From the NCBI GenBank assembly GCA_038204425.1, contig JBBRCZ010000004.1:96001-160000 (forward strand): 64,000 bases of DNA, written 5' to 3'. This document shows positions 29,049 to 38,820 of the stretch, in pieces. A model generated the notes under the pieces. It had not been told where the DNA came from. It worked only from the letters and a program-made list of their open reading frames with translations, and did no database searches. The translations under genes and the position numbers were made by a program. The stretch's first letter is position 1; each line of letters starts with the position of its first letter. Source of the stretch: Spirochaetia bacterium. Lineage in GTDB: Bacteria > Spirochaetota > Spirochaetia > DSM-27196 > Salinispiraceae.

Positions 29049-30845
29049 ATGGAATCATTCAAAAGAACGGTCACCTGCGGCGAGCTAAGGGCTAGTGACG
29101 CCGGAAAGTCCGTGACTCTCAATGCTTGGGTACATAGAAACAGAGATTTTGGGGGCGTACAATTTATCGTCCTGCGCGATCGTTATGGCATAGTCCAGGC
29201 TGTTGTCGATGCCGACGCAAGTGCACAACTAAAGCAACTGGCTGCCAACCTAAAATTTGAATACTGCGTTGCGGTACTTGGTCGGGTTCGAACCAGACCA
29301 AGCGATCAAATCAACAAAGATATGAGTACGGGTGAAATAGAACTTGCGGTTGAACAACTGATTGTCCTCAATGCTTGTGATGTCTTGCCGTTTATGATTG
29401 ATGACGTCTCGAATGCAAACGAAGAGCTACGCCTAAAATACCGCTATTTGGACTTGCGTAGTTTTTCCATGCAACGCAAGCTCAAACTACGGCACGACGT
29501 TACTTGGCGCGTTAGAGAGTACTTGGTCAATCAAGGATTTTTTGAGATTGAAACCCCAACTTTAATTCGTTCTACCCCAGAAGGAGCTCGTGACTACTTG
29601 GTACCAAGTAGAATTCATCGCGGTAGTTTTTATGCCCTGCCACAAAGTCCGCAGCTTTATAAGCAGCTTTTGATGGTTGGCGGTATGGATAAATATTTCC
29701 AGATAGCTCGTTGCTATCGAGATGAAGACGCACGCGGTGACCGACAACCAGAGTTTACCCAAGTCGACATTGAGATGAGTTATGTCGGTCGAGAAGATAT
29801 CTTTGCACTTATGGAAGGCATGTTTGCTCATGTCTTCAAAAACACTCTCAATATCGACCTGCAGATTCCATTTAGGCGCCTGTCATATGATCAAGCGATT
29901 GAACTCTACGGCTCAGATAAACCTGACTTACGTTTTGCTTGGGAAATTCAGGATCTTGCGTCGCTGGCTGCCAAAAGCAGTTTTGATGTCTTTACGTCCA
30001 CCTTGGCACAAGGCGGCAGCGTCAAAGTGCTAGTTGCCAAAAATTGCGGCACCTACTCACGTAAGCAGATCACCGACCTGGAAGACGTTGCAAAAACATA
30101 CCGAGCCAAGGGTTTAGCTTGGATAAAAGTCGGCGAAGCTGGCTCGGGACTCGATTCTTCGGGCCTCGATGGCGGTATCGCTAAGTTCTTTACCACACAA
30201 GCTGCTGACTTAATTAGCTCCACGGGAGCTCAAGCCGGCGACTTGCTTTTGTTTGTAGCAGATAAACACAAAGTCGCTTGCTCTGCACTGGGCGCGGTTA
30301 GGGCTCGCCTGGGCAAAGACCTTAACCTTGCCGATCCCAAGGCCTTTGCCTTTGCCTGGATCATCGACTTTCCACTGTTTGAATATAACGAAGAAGAAAA
30401 AAAGTGGGATGCAGCCCACCACATGTTCAGCATGCCTCAAGAACAGTTCCTAGAAACCATGGAGAGCGACCCTGGTGCCGTTAAGGGAGATCTGTATGAC
30501 TTGGTTTGCAATGGCTATGAACTAGCATCTGGCAGCATTCGAATCAACACGCCAGAACTTCAGCAGCGAGTTTTCAACATTGTAGGATTTGATGCAGCAG
30601 AAGGTCAAAAGAAGTTTGGATTCTTGTTGGATGCATTTAAGTATGGTGCTCCGCCGCACGGTGGCATAGCCCCGGGCCTAGACCGACTAATAATGCTGAT
30701 GGCAGGAGAAAGCACCATTCGTGAGGTAATAGCTTTTCCAAAAAATACCAACGCCTATTCTCCAATGGACGATTCGCCGGCTGGCGTTGATCAGCAACAA
30801 CTACAGGAACTTGGCATTAAAATTCAAGCGCGCGAAAACGATTAA
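29049..30845 (+). CDS. aspS: Aspartate-tRNA ligase
   Basis: RLKYRYLDLR, TPEGARDYLVP, ALPQSPQ, CYRDED.R.DRQPEFTQ, GAPPHGGIAPGLDR. Confidence 0.97.
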   Translation: MESFKRTVTCGELRASDAGKSVTLNAWVHRNRDFGGVQFIVLRDRYGIVQAVVDADASAQLKQLAANLKFEYCVAVLGRVRTRPSDQINKDMSTGEIELAVEQLIVLNACDVLPFMIDDVSNANEELRLKYRYLDLRSFSMQRKLKLRHDVTWRVREYLVNQGFFEIETPTLIRSTPEGARDYLVPSRIHRGSFYALPQSPQLYKQLLMVGGMDKYFQIARCYRDEDARGDRQPEFTQVDIEMSYVGREDIFALMEGMFAHVFKNTLNIDLQIPFRRLSYDQAIELYGSDKPDLRFAWEIQDLASLAAKSSFDVFTSTLAQGGSVKVLVAKNCGTYSRKQITDLEDVAKTYRAKGLAWIKVGEAGSGLDSSGLDGGIAKFFTTQAADLISSTGAQAGDLLLFVADKHKVACSALGAVRARLGKDLNLADPKAFAFAWIIDFPLFEYNEEEKKWDAAHHMFSMPQEQFLETMESDPGAVKGDLYDLVCNGYELASGSIRINTPELQQRVFNIVGFDAAEGQKKFGFLLDAFKYGAPPHGGIAPGLDRLIMLMAGESTIREVIAFPKNTNAYSPMDDSPAGVDQQQLQELGIKIQAREND

Positions 30846-30916
30846 AAATACCAGCACAGTTTCGGGCAATTGCCCACAAAACCCCGCCCTAAACGGCACA
30901 AGACAAGGAGCATACC

Positions 30917-32086
30917 ATGTTTAAGATTCGAGCCCTCAACAACATTTCCCCAAAGGGAACTGACCTTCTGCCAAAAGACAATTATTCATTGAGTGAAACC
31001 GAAGAGAACCCCGATGGCATTTTGGTACGAAGCTACAAAATGAATGATATGGAACTTCCAAGTAAGCTCTTGGCAGTTGCACGCGCCGGCGCTGGTGTTA
31101 ACAATATTCCTGTTGATCGTTGTACCGAAAAAGGAATCGTTGTCTTTAATACTCCAGGTGCAAATGCCAATGCGGTTAAAGAATTGGTTATTGCTGGCTT
31201 GATGCTCTCCAGCCGTCGACTTTACCAAGGCATCAACTGGTCCCAGAGCCTTAAGGGCAAAGGCGACGAGGTTGCAAAACTCGTCGAGAAGGGAAAAGCT
31301 GACTTTACCGGGCCAGAGATTTTTGGCAAAAAACTTGCAGTTCTTGGTCTCGGTGCCATCGGTGTCATGGTTTCCAATGCTTGTAGTGACCTCGGCATGG
31401 ACGTAATTGGTTACGATCCGTTTATTTCGGTTGAGTCCGCTTGGGGGCTAAAACGAACCGTACGCCGAGCTAAGAGCATCGATGCTGCCGTGGCCGAAGC
31501 TGATTATATCACCATACATACACCTTTGGTTCCCGAAACAAAAGGCGCATTTAACGCCAGCCTTTTTGCAAAGATGAAGGAAGGTGTCCGCATACTTAAC
31601 TTTGCGCGCGGTGAGTTGGTAAACAATACCGACATGGTGGCCGCCATCCATGCTGGTAAGGTCGCTGTCTACGTGAGCGACTTCCCTGAAGAAGAACTCT
31701 TGGGCATTGATCAAGTCATTCCAGTTCCCCACCTTGGCGCATCAACTCCGGAGGCAGAAGATAACTGTGCAATCATGGCAAGTGAACAACTTCGCGCCTA
31801 CCTCGAGACAGGGAACATTCGTAACTCAGTTAATTTTCCGCATTGCGAGATGGATTTTAGGCGAACAAGCCGTCTTTTGATAGCCAATAGAAATATTCCT
31901 AACATGGTAGGTCAAATTACCACTATACTTGCTCAAGAAGGAATTAACATTGCTGATATGATTAATAAAGGAAGAGATAACCTAGCCTACAACATCATCG
32001 ACTTTGATGCGGACGTTAAAGATAGCACCGTCGCAAAGCTAAAAGCCATCGAAGGTGTAATTCTAGTCAGGGTGATCAAGGCTTGA
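30917..32086 (+). CDS. serA: D-3-phosphoglycerate dehydrogenase (with ACT domain)
   Basis: ARAGAGVNNI, NTPGANANAV, GLGAIG, NFARG, PHLGAST.EAE, C-terminal ACT. Confidence 0.9.
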   Translation: MFKIRALNNISPKGTDLLPKDNYSLSETEENPDGILVRSYKMNDMELPSKLLAVARAGAGVNNIPVDRCTEKGIVVFNTPGANANAVKELVIAGLMLSSRRLYQGINWSQSLKGKGDEVAKLVEKGKADFTGPEIFGKKLAVLGLGAIGVMVSNACSDLGMDVIGYDPFISVESAWGLKRTVRRAKSIDAAVAEADYITIHTPLVPETKGAFNASLFAKMKEGVRILNFARGELVNNTDMVAAIHAGKVAVYVSDFPEEELLGIDQVIPVPHLGASTPEAEDNCAIMASEQLRAYLETGNIRNSVNFPHCEMDFRRTSRLLIANRNIPNMVGQITTILAQEGINIADMINKGRDNLAYNIIDFDADVKDSTVAKLKAIEGVILVRVIKA

Positions 32087-33942
32087 TTGGACCTGAAAAA
32101 ACATTCAATGTTTTTCGCCTTTCCCTGCGCGCCTTACTGGGCCCGCAGGGATTTTCCCATCCGCAAGCACATATTAGTCCAACCCAAATTCGTCGAACCA
32201 TCATTGATATCCAAAATCGCCGCCGTTTCTTTCTTGCAATTATTGCACTAATACTATGCGGCATTCTTAACATGCCAGCCAGTTCTTTTGTGGTTGCGGC
32301 TGCTTTTGTTGTCTTCTCGTTTACCATAATTGTAGTGGGACTTGTAAAGCGCAGCAAAGCCAAACTTTTTATAGTAAGCTCCCTGATTGATACCGTCTTT
32401 GTTTCAATTATTTATGGTCTGTCTCCCCCAGAATTGCTTCCGCGCTTGGTTCTGTTTCTTTTGTACTTTCCTTTGTTAAACGTCGCCATCCCCGTCTTGA
32501 TGGAGTATCTTGGTTTTGCAATAGCCCTGTTTGGCATCTGCGGCCTGGTGTTAGCGGACTTGCTCAATCAACGAGTGGATCATAGCACTTTGGCCTTGGC
32601 ATCAATTATGGTCCTGACGGCAATTGCTAACTCCAGTTTGATACGGCTGCTGCGCAGCGGCTTCTTGCAGGCCGCGTCATTTTTTAGGTCAATAAAAGCA
32701 CGCCGAGACGAGCAGGCTCAGCAAAGCCAACAAAAAGCCGAATACTTAGCGCATATTAATCATGAGCTTCGTACCCCACTTAACGGGATTTTGGGCATGA
32801 CCACGCTCTTGGTCGACTCGCCTTTGCTGCCCGACCAACAGGAGTTTGCACGCACTATCAAGTCTTCCGCTGAATTACTACTGAGCCTGATAAACGACAT
32901 ACTTGACATGTCCCGTATTGACGCCGGCTATTTGCAACTCGAACGTCGTAGCTTTGCCTTACACAGTCTCTTTGATCTTGTTAGAGACAATCTCAAATTA
33001 GCGGCCTCTGATAAGGGAGTAAAGCTTGAGCTGGTTTACGACTCAACGGTCCCGCCCCATGTGGTGGGAGACTCCGCTCGAATGAGCCAAATCCTGTTTA
33101 ACCTAGTTGGCAACGCTGTAAAATTTACTTCTCGCGGCGCAGTGTCTATTCACGTACAAGCGATTCCAAAAAAAGAACAACCTGGCCGTTGCGATCTTAT
33201 CATCAAAGTCTCGGATACCGGCATAGGCGTTCCCGCCGAGTTTATTCCACATTTGTTTGACAAGTACCGTCAAGAAAGTGCTGAAATTCAGAAGCGCTAC
33301 GGTGGGACTGGCCTAGGACTGTCTATAACGCGCGAACTGATTGTTAGAATGAACGGGGATATTTCTGTAAGCAGCGTTCCACAAAAAGGATCGGTTTTTT
33401 TGGTGACTATTCCCTTGGTCTATGAAGAACCTCATCAGTTTTGGAAAAGACCTAAGGAAAGCGATCACCAATTTCTTCCTTTTGAGAGCGAACCAAGCAG
33501 CAACTATTCTGGCCAAGAAACAATGAAGCACAAAAATTTGGTGGTCTTGATTGCTGATGACAATGGCGTCAACTTAAGACTGATGGGCAGAATGGTTGAC
33601 AAGGCGGGACTGAGTCATGAGGAGTTTGTTAGTGGAGCAGATGCGTTTGAAGCGATGAAAAGACTCAAGTCGGAAAATCGGCTAGGCCTTGCCATACTCG
33701 ACTATCAAATGCCGGGTCTCGACGGTATGGAAGTCGCGATCATGTTTAGGGAATGGGAAGCACTCAGTAACCAAAAGAGCAGCCCGCTATGCATTTTGAC
33801 CGGCCATGGCCCGCAAAAAATAGGCACATTTAAACTAAGCCACTACCACATTGACTTTATGGAAAAACCAGTCAGAATGGAAGACTTGCATAAGTATCTG
33901 CACTCAAAGATGGAAAACGGCAGCCTCAGTTCGGCGGAATAA
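32083..33942 (+). CDS. Membrane hybrid sensor histidine kinase (TMs-HisKA-HATPase-REC)
   Basis: HELRTPLNGILG, NLVGNAVKFT, DTGIG, GGTGLGL; REC ADDN, LDYQMP, KP; start uncertain. Confidence 0.9.
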   Translation: MIGPEKTFNVFRLSLRALLGPQGFSHPQAHISPTQIRRTIIDIQNRRRFFLAIIALILCGILNMPASSFVVAAAFVVFSFTIIVVGLVKRSKAKLFIVSSLIDTVFVSIIYGLSPPELLPRLVLFLLYFPLLNVAIPVLMEYLGFAIALFGICGLVLADLLNQRVDHSTLALASIMVLTAIANSSLIRLLRSGFLQAASFFRSIKARRDEQAQQSQQKAEYLAHINHELRTPLNGILGMTTLLVDSPLLPDQQEFARTIKSSAELLLSLINDILDMSRIDAGYLQLERRSFALHSLFDLVRDNLKLAASDKGVKLELVYDSTVPPHVVGDSARMSQILFNLVGNAVKFTSRGAVSIHVQAIPKKEQPGRCDLIIKVSDTGIGVPAEFIPHLFDKYRQESAEIQKRYGGTGLGLSITRELIVRMNGDISVSSVPQKGSVFLVTIPLVYEEPHQFWKRPKESDHQFLPFESEPSSNYSGQETMKHKNLVVLIADDNGVNLRLMGRMVDKAGLSHEEFVSGADAFEAMKRLKSENRLGLAILDYQMPGLDGMEVAIMFREWEALSNQKSSPLCILTGHGPQKIGTFKLSHYHIDFMEKPVRMEDLHKYLHSKMENGSLSSAE

Positions 33943-34010
33943 GTCTCAAATGGGGCGCTGACCAAACTACCTAAGGTGTGTTACCATATTGCATTCCAAG
34001 GAGTGTAGAA

Positions 34011-35069
34011 ATGAACCTTAGAAAATACAACGCTGGACGCTTGGCACTTTTGACCCTCATTATGACGTCGATTCTGCCCAGCACAGCCTGTTCCCAAGGG
34101 GGAAACCGAAACATGGCATCCAATCCTGATGGCCTCTATGCCGCCTTTAACACAAGCAAAGGCGAGATACTTGTTCAACTCGAGTTTAAGAAAACTCCAC
34201 TCACCGTAATCAACTTTGTAGGCCTGGCCGAGGGCAGCTTGCAAAAGAATACCAGCCGCAAGGGTATTCCTTTCTTTGATGGTTTGATCTTCCATCGTGT
34301 CATCAAAGACTTTATGGTTCAGGGTGGCGACCCAGAGGGTAGCGGCCGAGGCGGTCCTGGCTATCGTTTTCCTGATGAATTTGATCCAAGCCTAAGCCAC
34401 TCGGGCCCCGGTGTCCTGTCGATGGCAAACTCAGGGCCTGGCAGCAATGGCAGCCAGTTCTTTATTACCCACGTAGCCACGCCATGGCTTGATGGTAAGC
34501 ACACTGTTTTTGGCAAAGTTGTCAAAGGCCAAGAAATCGTCAACGCCATCCAACAAAACGACACCATAGTCAAACTTGAAATTATCCGCAAAGGCGCCGA
34601 AGCTGAGGCTTTTAAGGCAGATCAAGCCGCTTGGGATGCAGCGTTGGCAGGAATTGCAGACAAGAGCAAAGCGACTCAAGGTCAAGTGCTCAAGGCAAAC
34701 CAAGCCAAAATTGAAGCGCTTTTGCCAAATCCGCAAAAGACCCCCAGCGGGATTCTTTACTTAATCGACCGACAAGGCAGTGGTGTCAAACCAAAAAGCG
34801 GCCAAACCGTTTCGGTCCACTACACGGGCAAACTGCTTGACGGAACTACTTTTGACTCAAGTGTTCCTCGCAAAACTCCTTTGGAGGTACCGATTGGCGT
34901 AGGCAACCTAATCCCAGGCTGGGATGAGGTTGTCTTGTTAATGAACGTTGGCGAAAAGCGTCGCATCATTTTGCCACCAGAACTGGCCTATGGCGAAGCT
35001 GGTGCTGGTGGCGTGATACCTGGCAATGCATGGCTCTATTTTGAACTTGAGTTGCTGGCGATTAAATAA
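34011..35069 (+). CDS. Cyclophilin-FKBP dual peptidyl-prolyl isomerase, probable lipoprotein
   Basis: FHRVIKDFMVQGGDP, LSMANSG, SQFFIT, WLDGKHTVFG; VHYTGKL.DG..FDSS, IPGWDE, PPELAYG; SD AAGGAG, lipobox-like STAC. Confidence 0.92.
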   Translation: MNLRKYNAGRLALLTLIMTSILPSTACSQGGNRNMASNPDGLYAAFNTSKGEILVQLEFKKTPLTVINFVGLAEGSLQKNTSRKGIPFFDGLIFHRVIKDFMVQGGDPEGSGRGGPGYRFPDEFDPSLSHSGPGVLSMANSGPGSNGSQFFITHVATPWLDGKHTVFGKVVKGQEIVNAIQQNDTIVKLEIIRKGAEAEAFKADQAAWDAALAGIADKSKATQGQVLKANQAKIEALLPNPQKTPSGILYLIDRQGSGVKPKSGQTVSVHYTGKLLDGTTFDSSVPRKTPLEVPIGVGNLIPGWDEVVLLMNVGEKRRIILPPELAYGEAGAGGVIPGNAWLYFELELLAIK

Positions 35070-35074
35070 GCTTT

Positions 35075-35107
35075 AAAGCCGCCCTAATAAATTAGGCGGC
35101 TTTTTTT
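35075..35107 (+). terminator. Rho-independent terminator
   Basis: GCCGCCCTAAT-AA-ATTAGGCGGC followed by T7. Confidence 0.8.
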
Positions 35108-35143
35108 ACGAGCTCATATCAAAACTGGCTTTTGGAGGATACA

Positions 35144-36562
35144 GTGGCCAAAAAAACTGAAACCAGCTTTGAATGCGCATCCTGTGGAAATCTTAGCCAA
35201 AAATGGCTCGGCAGATGTCCAGTTTGCGGCGAATGGAATAGTTATAAAGAAACCCGCGCTATGTATGGCCAAGCAAGTAGCGGCACATCATCCAGCAAGA
35301 AACCTTCTGCTGCGGTTGTCGCTGCCCTTTCGGGCACGCAGGGCCTAGTTAAGGCGCGCCTTTTGTCTGAAATTAGCATCCAACCCGAAGACAGACTTTC
35401 TGCCGGGGCACATGAATTTGATCGCGTACTCGGCGGCGGCATTTTGCGAGGTTCTTCGGTTCTTTTGGGCGGTGAACCAGGCATTGGAAAATCCACGCTG
35501 CTTCTGCAGGCGGCAGCCTTTGTGGCTCAAAACCACGAAGTACTCTATGTTAGCGGCGAAGAATCTGAACAACAGATTAGACTGAGAGCTGATCGCTTAG
35601 GCCTTGGCGAACGTCCGCTTCATCTTTTGGCCAGTGCTCATCTTGACGACATCCTCGAAGCAGTTAGTGAAGTGCAGCCAGCCCTAGTTGTAATGGATAG
35701 TGTCCAGACACTTTTTTCTCCCGAGGCCAACAGCTCAGCCGGCAGTCCCAACCAACTTAAATTTTGCGTTCAATTGTTGTCGGAAGCGACCCGCCTAGCT
35801 AACGCCGCATTGTTGTTAGTGGCTCACGTTACCAAAGAAGGCATCATTGCCGGCCCCAAGCTACTTGAGCATATGGTTGACGCGGTGCTTTACTTCGAAG
35901 AAGCTGAGGCTGGTCTACGCGTCCTACGAGCAAGCAAGAACCGTTATGGTTCGACAGAAGAAATTGGTCTTTTTTTAATGGATGCTAAAGGCCTGACCGA
36001 AGTTCCTGATCCATCCGGGCTTTTGCTCGAGAAGAGAAACGGAGAGGCGCCGGCTGGCATCGTTCTAACACCCGTCTATGAGGGCAGTCGCATCCTCTTG
36101 GTAGAACTGCAAGCCCTAACCGTACCCAACCGAGCAGGCATCTCTCGCGTTTACTCTGACCGTATAGACCAACGACGGGTAGCCCGTATTGCTGCGGTTT
36201 TGGAAAAACACGGCGGCCTAAGTTTTTCTGACCAAGAGATATATGTAAATGTAGCTGGCGGAATCCGCATCAACGAAGTAGCGACTGATCTTGCCTTGGC
36301 AGCTGCCCTGTATTCGGCCCGTTCTGGGATCTCAGTCAAGCACGATCTTGCCCTGCTTGGCGAGGTAAGTCTGGCCGGAGAGATCCGACCAGTAAATCAC
36401 CTTAAAAGACGACTAAGTGCAGCTCGAGATTTTGGCATTACGAGTTTCGTAGGCCCAAGCTTCTCCTCCGAGGACCGCCAAGATTACCAAGCGGTGACTC
36501 GATTACAAGATGCTTTGTCGCTTATTTTTGGCGCTAATCGAACCAAGACTAACCAAAGTTAG
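35144..36562 (+). CDS. radA: DNA repair protein RadA/Sms
   Basis: CASCG..KWLGRCPVCGEWN, GEPGIGKSTLL, KNRYG; GTG 35144 after GGAGG. Confidence 0.96.
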   Translation: MAKKTETSFECASCGNLSQKWLGRCPVCGEWNSYKETRAMYGQASSGTSSSKKPSAAVVAALSGTQGLVKARLLSEISIQPEDRLSAGAHEFDRVLGGGILRGSSVLLGGEPGIGKSTLLLQAAAFVAQNHEVLYVSGEESEQQIRLRADRLGLGERPLHLLASAHLDDILEAVSEVQPALVVMDSVQTLFSPEANSSAGSPNQLKFCVQLLSEATRLANAALLLVAHVTKEGIIAGPKLLEHMVDAVLYFEEAEAGLRVLRASKNRYGSTEEIGLFLMDAKGLTEVPDPSGLLLEKRNGEAPAGIVLTPVYEGSRILLVELQALTVPNRAGISRVYSDRIDQRRVARIAAVLEKHGGLSFSDQEIYVNVAGGIRINEVATDLALAAALYSARSGISVKHDLALLGEVSLAGEIRPVNHLKRRLSAARDFGITSFVGPSFSSEDRQDYQAVTRLQDALSLIFGANRTKTNQS

Positions 36563-36570
36563 TAGCGCTT

Positions 36571-37782
36571 CTACCTAAACAAACTGCTCACAAAGGTTGA
36601 AATCAACTCGGCGATTCCTGGAAATATAGTAATCGAGTTGCCGATTATACCGCCTATGCTTGATAGCACAAAAACCATCAGGACGCGGATAACGCGGTTG
36701 CGATAGAAGCCACGCAAACTTCCAAGGTCTGTTTGCAGACTCTCTAAGTCCTGAACACGCGGTTTACGCAATGCAGCTTCCAGTAGTCCTGTAACCATAC
36801 CAACACCCAAAAAGGGATTGAGTGTAGCAATCGGTGCTGCAAAAAAAGCAGATAGAATAGTCAAAGGGTGGCCTAGGGCCAAGAGCGTGCCAATAGCTGC
36901 CAAACCACCATTGTACAGGACCCAGAATAAGAGCTTTTCCATGCCGCCTTGCAGACCCGACATAGCAAAACCTGCCACCAACAAGCCAACAATAAGGGCC
37001 GGCAATAGCCAAACTGAGGCTTTTGCTAACCAACTTGGCTTTGGCAAACTAACTATTTCGCTAGTGTCTGACGTTTTTTTTCCTTCGTGGAGCTCATTGA
37101 GCCAGCGCACCATACCCGGAACATGACCAGCGCCAACCACAGCCAGCAAATGATCTTCTTTTTCTTCATACAGGCGACATGCCAGATACTGATCTCTTTC
37201 GTCAATTAAGACCGTTTTTACCTGAGGCAAAAAGGTGGAAAGCTCGGCCATCATGCCTTCTAAGGCCGATTTTTTCTTGAGTTGCTCGATGTCTTCGGCG
37301 CTCACTTTTTCATTGGAAAAGGCTGAGCCAAGCAAGGCGGACAAAAGCTTGCTTTTGCCGATAAAACTGCTCTTTGCCCAAGCGCGCTTGAGAGTGAGAC
37401 TTATGTCGCGATCAATCAGGCTAAACGGAATGGATTCTTGTTGACACACCAAGGCCGCCTGTTTCATTTCCATGCCGGGCTTGACTCCAGTGTCAGCACC
37501 AATGCGCTTTTGAAAGCTCGACAACACCAGCTGGGCCATCATAAAAAAACCTTTGCCTTCTTTGATGACCTTATAAATGTCGAGCTTCTTCCATGATTCT
37601 TCATCATTCAAGGAAGCAAAACGCGCGGCGTCGAGTTCTAGACAAACTCTGTCGGGTTTGTCTTGTTCTATAACTCGACTGACTTCCTGCACACTTTCGT
37701 TAGAAACATGAGCGGTTCCGATAATGGTGTACTTTTTTTGGCCAAAGACAAGTTCGGTACGGGTGTCTGACTCCTGACTCAT
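36571..37782 (-). CDS. TraB/PrgY (TraB/GumN) family protein
   Basis: IIGTAHVS, VCLELD..R, KPGMEM, DRDI..TL.R, LIDERD, VVGAGHVPG; C-terminal TMs. Confidence 0.9.
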   Translation of the reverse strand: MSQESDTRTELVFGQKKYTIIGTAHVSNESVQEVSRVIEQDKPDRVCLELDAARFASLNDEESWKKLDIYKVIKEGKGFFMMAQLVLSSFQKRIGADTGVKPGMEMKQAALVCQQESIPFSLIDRDISLTLKRAWAKSSFIGKSKLLSALLGSAFSNEKVSAEDIEQLKKKSALEGMMAELSTFLPQVKTVLIDERDQYLACRLYEEKEDHLLAVVGAGHVPGMVRWLNELHEGKKTSDTSEIVSLPKPSWLAKASVWLLPALIVGLLVAGFAMSGLQGGMEKLLFWVLYNGGLAAIGTLLALGHPLTILSAFFAAPIATLNPFLGVGMVTGLLEAALRKPRVQDLESLQTDLGSLRGFYRNRVIRVLMVFVLSSIGGIIGNSITIFPGIAELISTFVSSLFR

Positions 37783-37821
37783 TGCTGTTTCCTTACTGTT
37801 TATTTTCTATCCATAGTCTGA

Positions 37822-38820
37822 CTACATTCTATGTGTAGCTTGTACGTGATTAATGGCTTCTATAAATCGATTTCTAAGAATCTGCTCGCCAGGAAACCTA
37901 TCTCTAAGAACTTGTCCACCACCCATATGCATATGCCCGCCTCCTGAACCGATCTCATCAAGTGCACGCCTGATAACAAGATCGGCTGGTTTGCGCCTAT
38001 CAGAACTACGCACAGACAAGCGATACTCATCGATCGAAGGTACCAAAACCACCACAAACTCTATCTCGCGAAGGTTTAAAAAGAAGTCTGCGATCAATGC
38101 GGCAAGTTCAGGACTACAGTCTTGTTCGATAGAAATAAAGCAAAAATCAAGATGAACTTGAAAAGACTTTAGAGCGGCGTCAAAGAAGCGCAAGTCAGCC
38201 AGAGAAAGTGAGTTCTTGAGCAGATGGCTGCCAAGACTCCAGTCGCCTTTGAAGAAAAGGTCCGAGAATGCCTCTAAGTCGACTTCACTAACACCACGCG
38301 TCATAAATGCGGTATCCATCATCAAGCCCATCAACAGACTAGTTGCACAATGTGGCGGGATTTCCATTTTTGCTTGAACAAAGTACGAATGAATTATAGT
38401 TGAGCACGAACCGTAGCCCATCCTTATATCCCAATAGGCTAAGTCCGGCCTAACAGGCGGAATGTGATGGTCAATCAAGGCAACCACTTCGCCGGGAATA
38501 TTGCTTACATTTCGATTTCCAACAAAACCATCCACCAATATAATCTGTCCACTGTTTGAAAGTCGCAGAGCTGTACTCGAAAATATAGGAATCTCTAGTC
38601 GTCGGATAGCTTCACTCAGACTCGCACTTTGAATTTTTCCAGAGTAACAGAGCGTGTTTTTTACTCCTCGGTTCATTAGGAGAACGTGTAGACCAAACCC
38701 AGAAGCAACTGCGTCGTGGTCAGGAAAGTCGTGAGCTTGAATGACGATTGGTCTTGATAAATCAAGTTTCTTTATGAGTTCATCAATCCCGAGTGGATTG
38801 CGATCTATATCATCGTTCAT
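37822..38820 (-). CDS. DHH/DHHA1 phosphoesterase
   Basis: HDFPDHDAVAS, LVDG, IDHH, MDT, SVRS, GGGH. Confidence 0.88.
   Translation of the reverse strand: MNDDIDRNPLGIDELIKKLDLSRPIVIQAHDFPDHDAVASGFGLHVLLMNRGVKNTLCYSGKIQSASLSEAIRRLEIPIFSSTALRLSNSGQIILVDGFVGNRNVSNIPGEVVALIDHHIPPVRPDLAYWDIRMGYGSCSTIIHSYFVQAKMEIPPHCATSLLMGLMMDTAFMTRGVSEVDLEAFSDLFFKGDWSLGSHLLKNSLSLADLRFFDAALKSFQVHLDFCFISIEQDCSPELAALIADFFLNLREIEFVVVLVPSIDEYRLSVRSSDRRKPADLVIRRALDEIGSGGGHMHMGGGQVLRDRFPGEQILRNRFIEAINHVQATHRM

Noticed and set aside
35144..38820. radA plus DHH phosphoesterase as a c-di-AMP module
   Set aside because: Opposite strands and no diadenylate cyclase in the window
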